Shown here one piece after another: positions 51,326-61,133 of a DNA stretch of 64,000 bases (position 1 is the first letter of the stretch; each line of letters begins with the position of its first letter). The stretch is from Candidatus Latescibacterota bacterium (GTDB taxonomy: Bacteria; Latescibacterota; UBA2968; UBA8231). Below the pieces are notes generated by a model. The model made no database searches, had not been told where the DNA came from, and saw only the letters and a list, made by a program, of their open reading frames with translations. The DNA lies in assembly GCA_965200315.1 (NCBI GenBank), contig OZ241362.1, positions 1,408,001 through 1,472,000 on the forward strand, in the 5' to 3' direction. A program made the translations under genes and the position numbers.

Positions 51326-52243
51326 ATGGCCGCCTTTGATAGTGTTTCCAAGTCGCTGCTCAGCACCTATCCGCAAGGCTTTTTAGAGTTTCTGCTGGGG
51401 TCTTCGGAGGTGCTGGTGCTGGATATGCTCAACACCGAACAACCTACCGTCGAGATGCAGGTGATGGACAGTCTGCTCCGCGTGCGGCACCAAGGCCGGG
51501 AAGCGTTAGTGCATTGCGAGTTTCAAACCACCGACAGCGCGGACGTGCCGATGCCGCGTCGCATGGCCGGCTATATGGGCCGCTGCATTGCCGAGCACGG
51601 CTTGCGCCTGTTGTCGCATGTGATCTACTTGCGCCCTGACGCGGGTCGCCGTGATCCGGGGCATTATATTCAAGAGGATGCCGGCTATGAGGTGGTGCTG
51701 CGCTACAAGGTGATCCGTTTGAGTACGCTGGATGGAGCGGCGTATTTGGCATCGGGCAATGTGGGGGTGTTGCCGTTTACGCCGCTGATGGGCCGCCCTG
51801 AAGGGATGGATGTAGCCGTTTGGTTGCGTCGGTGCGTGGAGACGACCGAAGAGTTGGCGGTCCCTCAGGCGGTCAAAGAAAGTGTGTTGGCGCACATGGG
51901 GGTATTGAGTTCGTTGGTGTGCGAGGAATCGACCATTTTTCCCCTCATAAAGGAGGAGATTATGAATCAGTTTCCGCTTCTAGAGTATTTTCGCAAACAG
52001 GGCATCGAACAGGGCATCGAACAGGGCATCGAACAGGGGTTGGAGCAAGGGCGTGAAGGGCTTCGGCAAAGTATCCAAGAAGCCTTGGCGATTCGGTTTG
52101 GTGGGGATTTGGCCAAGGTGTTGTCGGGTCGCTTGGCCGGCGTCGAAGAGATGGAGCAACTCCAAGCCTTGCTACGCGCCGCCCTACAGGTGTCTGACCT
52201 AGGCGAGTTCACGCGCTTGGTCGAAGAGATAACCGCCGAGTGA
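51326..52243 (+). CDS. Rpn-family PD-(D/E)xK nuclease with EQGI repeats
   Basis: FDSVSKSL, MDSLL...HCEFQT...MPRRMAGY, VIYL; C-terminal QGIEQGIEQGIEQGLEQG. Confidence 0.82.
   Translation: MAAFDSVSKSLLSTYPQGFLEFLLGSSEVLVLDMLNTEQPTVEMQVMDSLLRVRHQGREALVHCEFQTTDSADVPMPRRMAGYMGRCIAEHGLRLLSHVIYLRPDAGRRDPGHYIQEDAGYEVVLRYKVIRLSTLDGAAYLASGNVGVLPFTPLMGRPEGMDVAVWLRRCVETTEELAVPQAVKESVLAHMGVLSSLVCEESTIFPLIKEEIMNQFPLLEYFRKQGIEQGIEQGIEQGLEQGREGLRQSIQEALAIRFGGDLAKVLSGRLAGVEEMEQLQALLRAALQVSDLGEFTRLVEEITAE
51962..52243 (+). CDS. Putative intragenic small protein (RpnS-like antitoxin), 93 aa
   Basis: AGGAGG at 51951-51956, 5 nt before an in-frame ATG at 51962. Confidence 0.65.
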   Translation: MNQFPLLEYFRKQGIEQGIEQGIEQGLEQGREGLRQSIQEALAIRFGGDLAKVLSGRLAGVEEMEQLQALLRAALQVSDLGEFTRLVEEITAE

Positions 52244-52317
52244 AGGTCTGCTCTTTTTGCCGGGGCTGAGCGTCGTCTTCAGCCGGGTGTTTGTCCGCAG
52301 GGAGAGGAAAAGCAGCC

Positions 52318-53157
52318 ATGCGCATTAAAACCCAAGAAAAGGTCCGCGCCTATCTCGCCTACAGCTTGGGCACAGTCTTTGTGCTCGCGCTGGTGCTGCC
52401 GCTGATATGGGTGGTGACCACGTCCATGCGCCCCCTGTCCGAGATGACCCGCACCCCACCACTGGTCTTCCCTCGCTCCCTCACCTTCCAAGCGTACATC
52501 GAGCTGTGGGACACGGGGCCGTTTGTAAAGTACTTTGCCAACAGCATGGTGATTTCCCTTTCGACGGCCCTGATCGCCCTCGCGTTTAGCGTCTGTGCAG
52601 CGTATGCCTTTGCCCGCTTTCGCTTTCGCGGCAACACCTTGTTGCTGATGGTGGTGGTGATGTCGCAAATGCTGCCGGGCTCTTCGATCCTCATCCCGCT
52701 CTTTCAGGTGATTCGCTCGCTCGGCTTGCTCGACACGCACACGGGCATGGTGCTGATCTACACGGGCTTTGCCATCCCGTTTTGCACTTGGCTGCTCAAC
52801 GGCTATTTCCGCGCCATCCCCACCGATCTAGAGCAAGCCGCGCTCATCGACGGCTGCAACCGCCTCCAGCTACTCTACCGAATCGTCTTGCCGCTGGCTG
52901 CACCGGCGATCGTGGCGGTGGGGACCTTTGCGTTTTTGCTTTCGTGGAATGAGTTCTTATTCGCTTTTGTGTTCACCAAATCGCAGGCCCTAACCATTCC
53001 GGTGGGGCTGCGCGCCGCGTTTTTGGGGCAATACGTCAACAAATACGATCAGCTATTCGCCGCATCGCTGATCTTTAGCCTGCCGCCGATCGCGCTCTTT
53101 GTCGGATTGCAGCGGTACTTTGTCCAAGGATTGACGGCTGGAGCAGTCAAGGGATGA
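52318..53157 (+). CDS. Carbohydrate ABC permease (UgpE/MalG-like)
   Basis: FANS, AYAFARFRFRG, IPTDLEQAALIDG, WNEF, QRYFVQGLTAGAVKG. Confidence 0.92.
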   Translation: MRIKTQEKVRAYLAYSLGTVFVLALVLPLIWVVTTSMRPLSEMTRTPPLVFPRSLTFQAYIELWDTGPFVKYFANSMVISLSTALIALAFSVCAAYAFARFRFRGNTLLLMVVVMSQMLPGSSILIPLFQVIRSLGLLDTHTGMVLIYTGFAIPFCTWLLNGYFRAIPTDLEQAALIDGCNRLQLLYRIVLPLAAPAIVAVGTFAFLLSWNEFLFAFVFTKSQALTIPVGLRAAFLGQYVNKYDQLFAASLIFSLPPIALFVGLQRYFVQGLTAGAVKG

Positions 53158-53402
53158 CGGCAGTGGCCCCCGCGATGCGTTTTTTCAATAAGAGCGGTCC
53201 AGTGGTGGCCGAGTATCACTACTGCATCCCGCCTTTGGAGCGACTAAACCTCGCCGAGGTGCGTCGGTTCATCCGCGACAAACGCTACTTCGCCCTCCGC
53301 ACGCCGCGTCAGACGGGCAAAACTTCGACCCTGTTGGCACTACGCGACCAGCTCAACGCCGAAGGGGCCTATCGCTGCGCGTCCGTCAACTTAGAAGCCG
53401 TC
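53154..53402 (+). pseudogene. Truncated AAA ATPase N-terminus
   Basis: MRFFNKSGPV...HYCIPPLERL...YFAL..PRQTGKTS; similarity ends after VNLEA. Confidence 0.7.
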
Positions 53403-53685
53403 TGCAAACTATATTTTTTTCATTTGATGCGTTTGTTTAGTGGAGACACTATAATTCGTGGTAATAAAATGTTGGCAACGATAGTAAATACATACATGTA
53501 TCTGTATCGTACCGAAGGAACCGAAGCTCAACGTAGTGACAGCGGCAGTCCTGTATACACCAAACCAAGCACAAGCGGCAACACGAAAATTGTCGATGTG
53601 GTTGTTGCAACCAGCACCAACGCAGCTCTGTTTTCTTTGTGGGAAAATGTCACAAAGACACTTAATTTAAAACCGATCTCTCCAT

Positions 53686-54077
53686 AGATCGTCCAAGAAG
53701 TCGATGGGCAGGGCCTCAAGGAAAAAGCGTTCAAGGTGGCACAGGACGCGCTGACGGCCAACCCGCAGATCAACGCGCTCTACGGCATCAACGACGACTC
53801 GACAACCGGCGGCATGGCAGCCTACAAGGCGGCCGGGCTAGACGAAGCGGCAACATCCAAGCGGCGCCGCTCGCGGGCTTAGCCGTTGATCGCACGCGCA
53901 TCTTGGTCTTTGTGCTCGGTGGGGAGCTAGCAGCGCTGAGTGCCTTTATCTTGGCCTCGCGCCTCAACTCCGGTGCCGGCTTGGGGTTTGAGTTGCAGGT
54001 GATCGCCGCGGCGATCTTGGGCAGCATCAGCCTGACCGGCGGCGTGGGCACGCTCGGCGGTGCTTTCATCGGCATCC
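53686..54077 (+). pseudogene. Deleted duplicate of the downstream CUT2 ABC operon
   Basis: 53686-53848 matches 54662-54824; 53847-54077 matches 55681-55920 with substitutions and a 9-nt deletion. Confidence 0.9.
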
Positions 54078-54126
54078 GTGACAATCGATATTTGGAGAAT
54101 GTAACGTTAGAAAGGGAACGCAACTT

Positions 54127-55107
54127 ATGAAAAAAGCATGGCTGTTATGTCTGCTGCTGATCGCCTGCGGACCGCCGGACGACGCACCCGATACCCTCAA
54201 GATCGGCTACGTGATCAACTTCATGTCGCACGAGTGGTATCAAAACATCAGCAAGTCGGCGACAACGCGAGCAGCCGAGTTGGAGGTCGAGCTGATCGTC
54301 GCCGACGCCAACCTCGACGTGGCCGCGCAAATCTCCAAGGCCGAAAACCTGCTCGCTCAAGGGGTCGAGGTGCTGATCCTATCGCCGGTGGACGCCAAGG
54401 CAATGGGGCCGATAGTGCGGCAGGCCAAAGCAGCAGGAGTACACGTGATTACCGAATCCAACCCCGTGTCCGCGGCCGCCAGCTACGTGGGAATCGACAA
54501 CTACGCCGGTGGGGTCAAGGCCGGTGAGTGGTTTGCCAGCTACTCTGTAGAAAAGGGTCTCGACCCCAAAATCCTCATCATCGGCTTCCCCAACTTCGAG
54601 GACTGCCGACAGCGAGTCGATGGCTTCAAGGACGCGCTCGCCGCCGCGGGCCTGACCTACGAGATCGTCCAAGAAGTCGATGGGCAGGGCCTCAAGGAAA
54701 AGGCGTTCAAGGTGGCGCAGGACGCGCTGACGGCCAACCCGCAGATCAACGCGCTCTACGGCATCAACGACGACTCGACGACCGGCGGCATGGCAGCCTA
54801 CAAGGCGGCCGGGCTAGACGAGGCAGCCCTGACCGCAATCGGCTTCGGCTTCGAGGGCACCGTGGGACAGACGGCCCTCACCAGCGATACTCCCTACTCA
54901 GCAGCGCTGGCGATGTTCCCGAATTTCGTCGGCAGTGCGCTCATCGATGCCGCGGTGCAACTAGCGAGCGGCGAGCAGCTACCCGACCACTACGAGACGC
55001 CGACCATCGTCGTCACCCGCGACAATCTCAGCCGCTTCTACGACATGAGCACCGAGCCGCCCTTCGCCCTCAAGGTGGATGCGGTGCGGGCCTTGATGCC
55101 GCAATGA
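54127..55107 (+). CDS. Monosaccharide ABC (CUT2) binding lipoprotein, RbsB-like
   Basis: Lipobox LIAC; ILSPVD, YVGIDNY.GG, RVDGF, YGINDD. Confidence 0.9.
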   Translation: MKKAWLLCLLLIACGPPDDAPDTLKIGYVINFMSHEWYQNISKSATTRAAELEVELIVADANLDVAAQISKAENLLAQGVEVLILSPVDAKAMGPIVRQAKAAGVHVITESNPVSAAASYVGIDNYAGGVKAGEWFASYSVEKGLDPKILIIGFPNFEDCRQRVDGFKDALAAAGLTYEIVQEVDGQGLKEKAFKVAQDALTANPQINALYGINDDSTTGGMAAYKAAGLDEAALTAIGFGFEGTVGQTALTSDTPYSAALAMFPNFVGSALIDAAVQLASGEQLPDHYETPTIVVTRDNLSRFYDMSTEPPFALKVDAVRALMPQ

Positions 55108-56075
55108 GCCGTTTGCTGTCGCGGCTGCTCCACAGCGAGCAGGCCGGGCTGTTGCTGGCACTGGTCTTGCTCTGCGTGGGAATTTCCCTGCTAACGCCGG
55201 TCTTCTTTACAGCCGTCAATATCAAGAACGTGCTGCGCGACGCCTCGTTGGTAGCCGTCGCCGGGATCGGCATGGTGATGATCATCCTGCTCGGCGAAAT
55301 CGACCTGAGCGTCGGCTCGACCCAAGCCGTGGCTGGAATCATCGCCGTGGCCGTGCTCAACCAGTTCGAGAGCGTGGGGCTGGCACTGGTCGCCGCACTC
55401 GCGGCCGGGGCGCTCGTCGGCCTGTGCAACGGCCTGTTGGTCACCAAAGCCGGCATCAACTCCCTGATCGCAACCTTGGGCATGATGGCGATTTTGCGCG
55501 GCGCAGCCATGGTCAGCACCCAAGCGGTGTCGATCCAAGGCAAAGTAGAAGGCTTCATCGAAGTGGGAACCGGGCACTTGGGGCCGCTCCCAATCCCCGT
55601 ACTGATGACCTTTGTCCTCTTGGGGCTGTTTTACTACGTCCTCCACCACACCATCCTCGGCCGCTATATCTACGCCATTGGCGGCAACATCCGAGCGGCG
55701 CGGCTCGCGGGCTTAGCCGTTGATCGCACGCGCATCTTGGTCTTTGTGCTCGGTGGGGTGCTAGCAGCACTGAGCGCCTTTATCTTGGCCTCGCGTCTCA
55801 ACTCCGGGCAGCCAAATGCCGGCTTGGGGTTTGAGTTGCAGGTGATCGCCGCGGTGATCTTGGGCGGCATCAGCCTGACCGGCGGCGTGGGCACGCTCGG
55901 CGGTGCTTTCATCGGTATCCTGATTCTGACGGTGCTCTCCAACGGCTTAGTGCTGTTGAACGTGTCGTCCTTCTACCACGACATTGCGCGCGGCGCGGTA
56001 ATTATCCTCGCCGTATATCTGGACACCCGACGCAAGCAAAGCCTCCTGCGGCGGCTGCTCGCCCCCCCAACATGA
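55104..56075 (+). CDS. Monosaccharide ABC permease, RbsC-like
   Basis: EIDLSVGS, IATLG, GRYIYAIGGN..AA.LAG, ELQVIAAVILGG. Confidence 0.92.
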   Translation: MSRLLSRLLHSEQAGLLLALVLLCVGISLLTPVFFTAVNIKNVLRDASLVAVAGIGMVMIILLGEIDLSVGSTQAVAGIIAVAVLNQFESVGLALVAALAAGALVGLCNGLLVTKAGINSLIATLGMMAILRGAAMVSTQAVSIQGKVEGFIEVGTGHLGPLPIPVLMTFVLLGLFYYVLHHTILGRYIYAIGGNIRAARLAGLAVDRTRILVFVLGGVLAALSAFILASRLNSGQPNAGLGFELQVIAAVILGGISLTGGVGTLGGAFIGILILTVLSNGLVLLNVSSFYHDIARGAVIILAVYLDTRRKQSLLRRLLAPPT

Positions 56076-57562
56076 CGCGGCTGCTCTCTCTAGAGGACAT
56101 TCACAAGCGTTTCCCCGGCGTCTATGCGCTCAAGGGCGTCGACTTTGCAGTGCGGCCGGGAGAAGTCCACGCGCTGGTTGGCGAAAACGGCGCGGGCAAG
56201 AGCACCCTGATCAAAATTGCGGCTGGCGTGTACCACCGCGACCAAGGCCGCTACCAGATCGCGGGACGTCCCGTAGATATCCGCCATCCGCGCCAAGCCC
56301 TAGACCACGGCCTAGCGGTCGTTTACCAAGAGCTAGAACTGGTGCCTTCGCTGTCGGTGGCTGAGAATTTGTTTTTCGGTCGCCTGCCGCACGGGCGCGG
56401 TGGGCGCGTTCAGTGGAACGCGCTCTACGCCGCTTCTACGATGCTATTGGACGAAGTCGGGCTAGCGGTCGATCCGCAGACCAAGGTCGGCCATCTCGGC
56501 GTGGCCGCGCAGCAATTGGTCGAGATCGCACGAGCGCTGGCGTGCGACGCCCAAATAATCGTCATGGACGAGCCGACCTCGGCCCTGAGTACGCGCGAGA
56601 TCAACAAGCTCTTTGCGCTCATTGCCCGGCTCAAGGCGCGAGGCGTCGGCGTGGTCTATGTATCTCACAAGCTCGCCGAGGTCATGGCACTGGCCGACCG
56701 GGTGACCGTCTTGCGCGACGGCGAGCGCGTCGCCTGCGAACAGGCTGCCCATCTCGACGAGGAGCAGCTTATCGCCCTGATGGTCGGGCGGGCGTTAGGG
56801 CAGGGTTTTCCCGCGGCCGATCGCACACCGGGGCCGGATGCTCTAAAGGTGGAGGGGCTGACCACGGACCGGGTGCAGGATGTTTCCTTCCGGGTGTGCG
56901 CTGGGGAGATCGTCGGGTTTTCCGGGCTGATGGGGGCGGGGCGGACCGAACTAGCAAGAGCCGTGATGGGTGCGGATCGCCGCCGCGCTGGAACCATTAC
57001 TATCGGCGGGGTCGCCGTGCCGGAGAACGCACCGCCACAGGCGCGCACGCTCGGGTTGGGACTAGTGCCGGAGGATCGCCGGGCCGATGGGCTGTTCGCC
57101 CAGCAGAGCGTACGCGCAAACGCGAGCGTCGCGGCCTTAGAGCAGTTCTGCCGCGCCGGTCACGTGCAAGTAGGTATGGAACGCCATCAAGTCGGCGCGT
57201 TAATCACACGCCTGCGTCTGCGTCCCCCCGACCAAGAGCAGACCATCGCACGGCTCAGCGGCGGCAATCAGCAAAAGGCACTGCTGGCCCGCTGGCTGCT
57301 CAAGGAAAACTTGCGGGTGCTGCTCGTCGATGAGCCGACCCGGGGCATCGATGTCGGCGCCAAGGCCGAGATTTATCAACTGCTCGACGAGCTGGCGCGC
57401 CAAGGGCTGGCAATCGTGGTACTCTCCTCGGAAATGCCTGAAATTTTGGGGCTGTGCGACCGGGTGTACGTGATGCGCACCGGGAGGATCGCCGCCGAGT
57501 ACACACGCGCCGAGGCCACGCCGGAAAAACTCTTGGCCAGCGCCCTGCCCAGTACTAGCTAA
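56072..57562 (+). CDS. Monosaccharide ABC ATPase, RbsA-like
   Basis: GENGAGKST, MDEPTSAL, LSGGNQQK, DEPTRGIDVGAK. Confidence 0.94.
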   Translation: MTRLLSLEDIHKRFPGVYALKGVDFAVRPGEVHALVGENGAGKSTLIKIAAGVYHRDQGRYQIAGRPVDIRHPRQALDHGLAVVYQELELVPSLSVAENLFFGRLPHGRGGRVQWNALYAASTMLLDEVGLAVDPQTKVGHLGVAAQQLVEIARALACDAQIIVMDEPTSALSTREINKLFALIARLKARGVGVVYVSHKLAEVMALADRVTVLRDGERVACEQAAHLDEEQLIALMVGRALGQGFPAADRTPGPDALKVEGLTTDRVQDVSFRVCAGEIVGFSGLMGAGRTELARAVMGADRRRAGTITIGGVAVPENAPPQARTLGLGLVPEDRRADGLFAQQSVRANASVAALEQFCRAGHVQVGMERHQVGALITRLRLRPPDQEQTIARLSGGNQQKALLARWLLKENLRVLLVDEPTRGIDVGAKAEIYQLLDELARQGLAIVVLSSEMPEILGLCDRVYVMRTGRIAAEYTRAEATPEKLLASALPSTS

Positions 57563-57618
57563 GAAGCGGTCTGAAACCCCGATTGGGGCACTTTGCGGAC
57601 GATTGCATCCAGCGGTTT

Positions 57619-57639
57619 TCGAGGGCGAGACGCCCTCGA
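57619..57639. repeat. REP-like palindrome (family also at 14043, 34035, 63019)
   Basis: TCGAGGGCG-AGA-CGCCCTCGA, preceded by GCGGTCTGAAA at 57566. Confidence 0.75.
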
Positions 57640-57796
57640 TCCGAGCACCAGCTAAAAAGCCATCCCAACACCCCGGAGGCAGTGAACAGTGCCGAGCGAT
57701 GCGTCCCCGTACCGCAGAACCGAGGGGGATTGGGCCTCCTGCGCTCCGCAAGCGGGAATCCAGTTTGTAATCACTAACCCATCAAGGAGGTGCAAC

Positions 57797-58825
57797 GTGA
57801 AAATCCTCATCACCGGCGGCACCGGCCGCGTTGGAGCCAATTTGGCCAAAGCCTTGCTCGACAAAGGGCACGACATCCGCAGCTTTGTCTATCCCGGCGA
57901 CCCAAGCCGCGCCCACAAGCTCGACGGCTTTGACCACGTCGAAACCATCGAAGGCGATTTGCGCCATCTCGCCGACGTGCGCCGCGCCATTGAGGGAGTC
58001 GATGCGGTGTACCACATTGCCGCGGCCTTTGGCGGCCCCTTCGACAACCGCGAATACCTTGAAATCAACGGCATGGGAACTATCAACGTGCTGGAGTCGA
58101 TTCGCGAGCTGACGCCCAATCTGCACCGCTTGGTCTATGCCTCTACCGAGGCGATTTACTGGGAAAATCCCTACAAAGGCCGCTGCTTTGAAGAGCCAAT
58201 TCGCGAAGACCAAGTCGCCCGCTACCAGACGATGCCCTACTTCCTGACCAAGTGGATCGGCGAGGAACTAGTGATGAGCTATCACTTGCAGTTCGGGCTG
58301 CCGTCGGTGACTACGCGCTTTGCTACGATTATTGAACCGGGAGAATTCCTCGACGCAAACGGCTTGCCGCATCTGTTTTTGTTCGGGCCGGTTTACGAGC
58401 AGTTCAAGGACCGAGAGGGGGCCGAGGAGCTCAAGGCACTGTGGACGGGCGAGGAGCAACTCTTGCTATCGCGGAATCCAGACGGACGGCCTTTTCGGCA
58501 GGTGTATGCCGATGTGCGCGACATCGTCCAAGGGCTGGTATTGGCGCTAGAGCGGGACGAGGCCGTGGGCGAGGTGTTCAATCTGGGTGGGGCCGCGCTG
58601 TTCGATTGGAGCGAGGCCGTGCCCTATCTCGCCGAGCGCTTCGGCTTGGGCTACGCCGATGCGCGGCGACCGGATTGGAACTACTTTGAGCTGGATTTGA
58701 CGAACATCAAGGCAAAGTTGGGGTTTGCACCCAAGCACGACTTGACAAGCATCCTCGACGCGGCTGAGGCCATGCGGCGCGGGGAGGACGTGGGGATTAT
58801 CCCGACGGGCGTGCGCTTTGGCTAG
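57797..58825 (+). CDS. NAD-dependent epimerase/dehydratase
   Basis: AAGGAGG RBS + GTG; ILITGGTGRVG, YHIAA, YFLTK. Confidence 0.88.
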   Translation: MKILITGGTGRVGANLAKALLDKGHDIRSFVYPGDPSRAHKLDGFDHVETIEGDLRHLADVRRAIEGVDAVYHIAAAFGGPFDNREYLEINGMGTINVLESIRELTPNLHRLVYASTEAIYWENPYKGRCFEEPIREDQVARYQTMPYFLTKWIGEELVMSYHLQFGLPSVTTRFATIIEPGEFLDANGLPHLFLFGPVYEQFKDREGAEELKALWTGEEQLLLSRNPDGRPFRQVYADVRDIVQGLVLALERDEAVGEVFNLGGAALFDWSEAVPYLAERFGLGYADARRPDWNYFELDLTNIKAKLGFAPKHDLTSILDAAEAMRRGEDVGIIPTGVRFG

Positions 58826-59808
58826 CGTAGTGGAGATAAGAGGTAGAGCCGTTCCTGAAGAATCAGTATGTCTTTCTGGCAATAACTTTGTTGATTCTGA
58901 CGACTTTCTCGAACAACCAGACAATTATTTTATTTGTATTTTCAGAAATTTTTCGTACCCTCATCCTGCTTTCCGAGGATATTCTCAAGCGCTAACTCCT
59001 ATATATCCATTTTCCGCAATAATAAAATTTCTTATATCTCGGATATATCTACCTAAGACTTGTATTCAGCAAGTGACAACAGATGATATTTTTGCTTACT
59101 TGATAGGCAATCAAGTGACAGGAGTCGAAGACTTAGATTTCTATAGCCGCTTAAATAGCAAACAATATAGACCTCTAGGCGACGAAAAAAGACAGCTTCG
59201 AGAAATGATGATTTTCGCATCTCAAGCAAGTTTTTTAAAATGGTTTAACAATAGTCTAGTTTTAGATATTTCTCGCACAGACTCAGATGTTCTCTCTGAC
59301 TTGATAAAATCTATTCAACCTAATGTTAGGCAGAAATTATCTGATCCAGTCCAAGAATTTTTCCAAATGTCTTCCACTGATGAAGATGCCATACAAGTCC
59401 CAAGAATTGCTGAAAGAGAATCGCCAGTAGAGATCGTATTTACTGAAGGGAGAAAAAGGCGTACAACGCATTTACGAGCGGAGCGGAGTCCAGCTCTACG
59501 GCAAGCTCTCTTTTCCATCTTGCAAACCCCGTACCATTGCGATATGTGTGAACTCATTCCCAAATTGAAATATGCTTGGGTTGATAATATACTAGAGGTG
59601 CATCATCTTTTACCTCTCTCGTCAACAGTAAATATAGAATCTGAGGGAACTTCACTTCGAGATATCGTTCCCATTTGTCCAAACTGTCACAAAAGCGTTC
59701 ACGTATATTATCGGAATTGGTTGAGCAGAAAACTCCGTTGAAGATTTTCCAGACAAAGATACCGCTATTTCTGTGTACAATGAAGCAAAGTCAGGTGTTG
59801 TAAGATGA
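58826..59808 (+). pseudogene. HNH restriction endonuclease, probably 5'-truncated and frameshifted near the 3' end
   Basis: ERS..LR...CDMC...LEVHHLLPL...CPNCH; abrupt switch to AT-rich DNA at the upstream stop; alternate-frame tail VEDFPDKDTAISVYNEAKSGVVR ends in ATGA overlap with the MTase. Confidence 0.7.
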
Positions 59809-61007
59809 AAAAATTAAAGTTGCATGAGCAGATCGAACTTTTAGAATACTGCAAGACCCATTCTAAGAAACTTTCTTCAGAGTTGAAAAAACTAGAGTTG
59901 AGTTATGACTCATTAGTCTATAAAAAGGATAAGAGAAGCGATAATTTATTTTTTTCTAAATTCAACTTCGACTTAGAATACAAAACACTTAGTGAACTTA
60001 AGAAATACAAGAGAGACATGCCACTAGTAAGTTTCTTTTCTGGATGCGGTGGTCTCGATTTAGGCTTTGAATATGCTGGATTCAGCACGGTAGCAATGGT
60101 AGAAATTAATAAGGTTTTCTGTAATACTTTGCGCGATAATTTTTCTGCAACCATTATTGGGCCTCCTGAATACACTGGTGATGTTAAGAACACAGACGCA
60201 ATTGTAGATATACTAAAGAATATTGATATTAAAGAAAATTTTCCAGGTATTTTTGTTGGCGGTCCACCTTGTCAACCTTTTAGCATAGCTGCCAATCAGA
60301 GATTTTCAAGGAATGGCGATAACTTCAAAAGGATAGGTTTCAAACACGAAGATTATGGTAATCTCCTTTTTGACTACATATTTCTCATTAAGATATTTAG
60401 ACCAAGGGTATTTTTGATTGAAAATGTAGAAGGCTTGCTAACATTAGATGGTGGCCATCAAGTGTTTGAAGCATGTCATATTCTCTCAGAACTTGGATAT
60501 AATATAAAAGGCCCTACCTTATTGAATGCGGCTAATTTTCTTGTGCCGCAGAATAGGTTGCGAGTATTTATCATTGGTATTATCGATGGTTCCTTTCGAT
60601 TTCCGCAAAAACAAATTTCTATGGTACCGTGTGGTAAAGCATTAGAGAAGCCAATTTCTGGTTTAGCCAATGGTGAAACCAGAGAGCACAAAGCAGAGTC
60701 GATTGAAAGATACATGAAATTGGATTATGGAAAAAGAGACAAATTGGGAAGAGTAGATAGATTAAACCCAGCCCTGCCCTCAAAGACAGTCATTGCTGGA
60801 GGGACCAAGGGTGGCGGACGCTCGCATCTGCATCCCCATATACCTCGGACTATGTCTGTAAGAGAATGCGCCCGCCTGCAAACATTCCCAGACGATTTTG
60901 TTTTTAGCGGGCCACCAGCGAGACAATTCACCCAAGTCGGAAACGCAGTCCCACCAATACTAGCTTACCAACTCGCCGAACAGATATTTGAGGGACTTAA
61001 CAGATAA
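59805..61007 (+). CDS. DNA (cytosine-5)-methyltransferase
   Basis: FFSGCGG, GGPPCQPFS, IENV, VPQNRLRVF, RECARLQTFPD, QVGNAVPP; AT-rich. Confidence 0.95.
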   Translation: MKKLKLHEQIELLEYCKTHSKKLSSELKKLELSYDSLVYKKDKRSDNLFFSKFNFDLEYKTLSELKKYKRDMPLVSFFSGCGGLDLGFEYAGFSTVAMVEINKVFCNTLRDNFSATIIGPPEYTGDVKNTDAIVDILKNIDIKENFPGIFVGGPPCQPFSIAANQRFSRNGDNFKRIGFKHEDYGNLLFDYIFLIKIFRPRVFLIENVEGLLTLDGGHQVFEACHILSELGYNIKGPTLLNAANFLVPQNRLRVFIIGIIDGSFRFPQKQISMVPCGKALEKPISGLANGETREHKAESIERYMKLDYGKRDKLGRVDRLNPALPSKTVIAGGTKGGGRSHLHPHIPRTMSVRECARLQTFPDDFVFSGPPARQFTQVGNAVPPILAYQLAEQIFEGLNR

Positions 61008-61133
61008 AGTCGATCATAAGTATGGAGCGTCCAATGCCTTGGCCTTTTATTCTGCTGCAAGTTCGTCAGAATGGTCAATCATATAAACGCATAAAAATTT
61101 GGCAATGGAATTTCCCGCAGTGAGGCCCCTCAC

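Noticed and set aside
51997-52050. 12-bp repeats considered as CRISPR-like or VNTR array
   Set aside because: No spacers; they are the coding EQGI repeats of Rpn. No CRISPR array, tRNA or rRNA was seen in the window.
54528-55103. Apparent 190-aa N-terminal extension on the RbsC-like permease
   Set aside because: Overlaps the binding-protein gene out of frame; the real start is the ATG at 55104.
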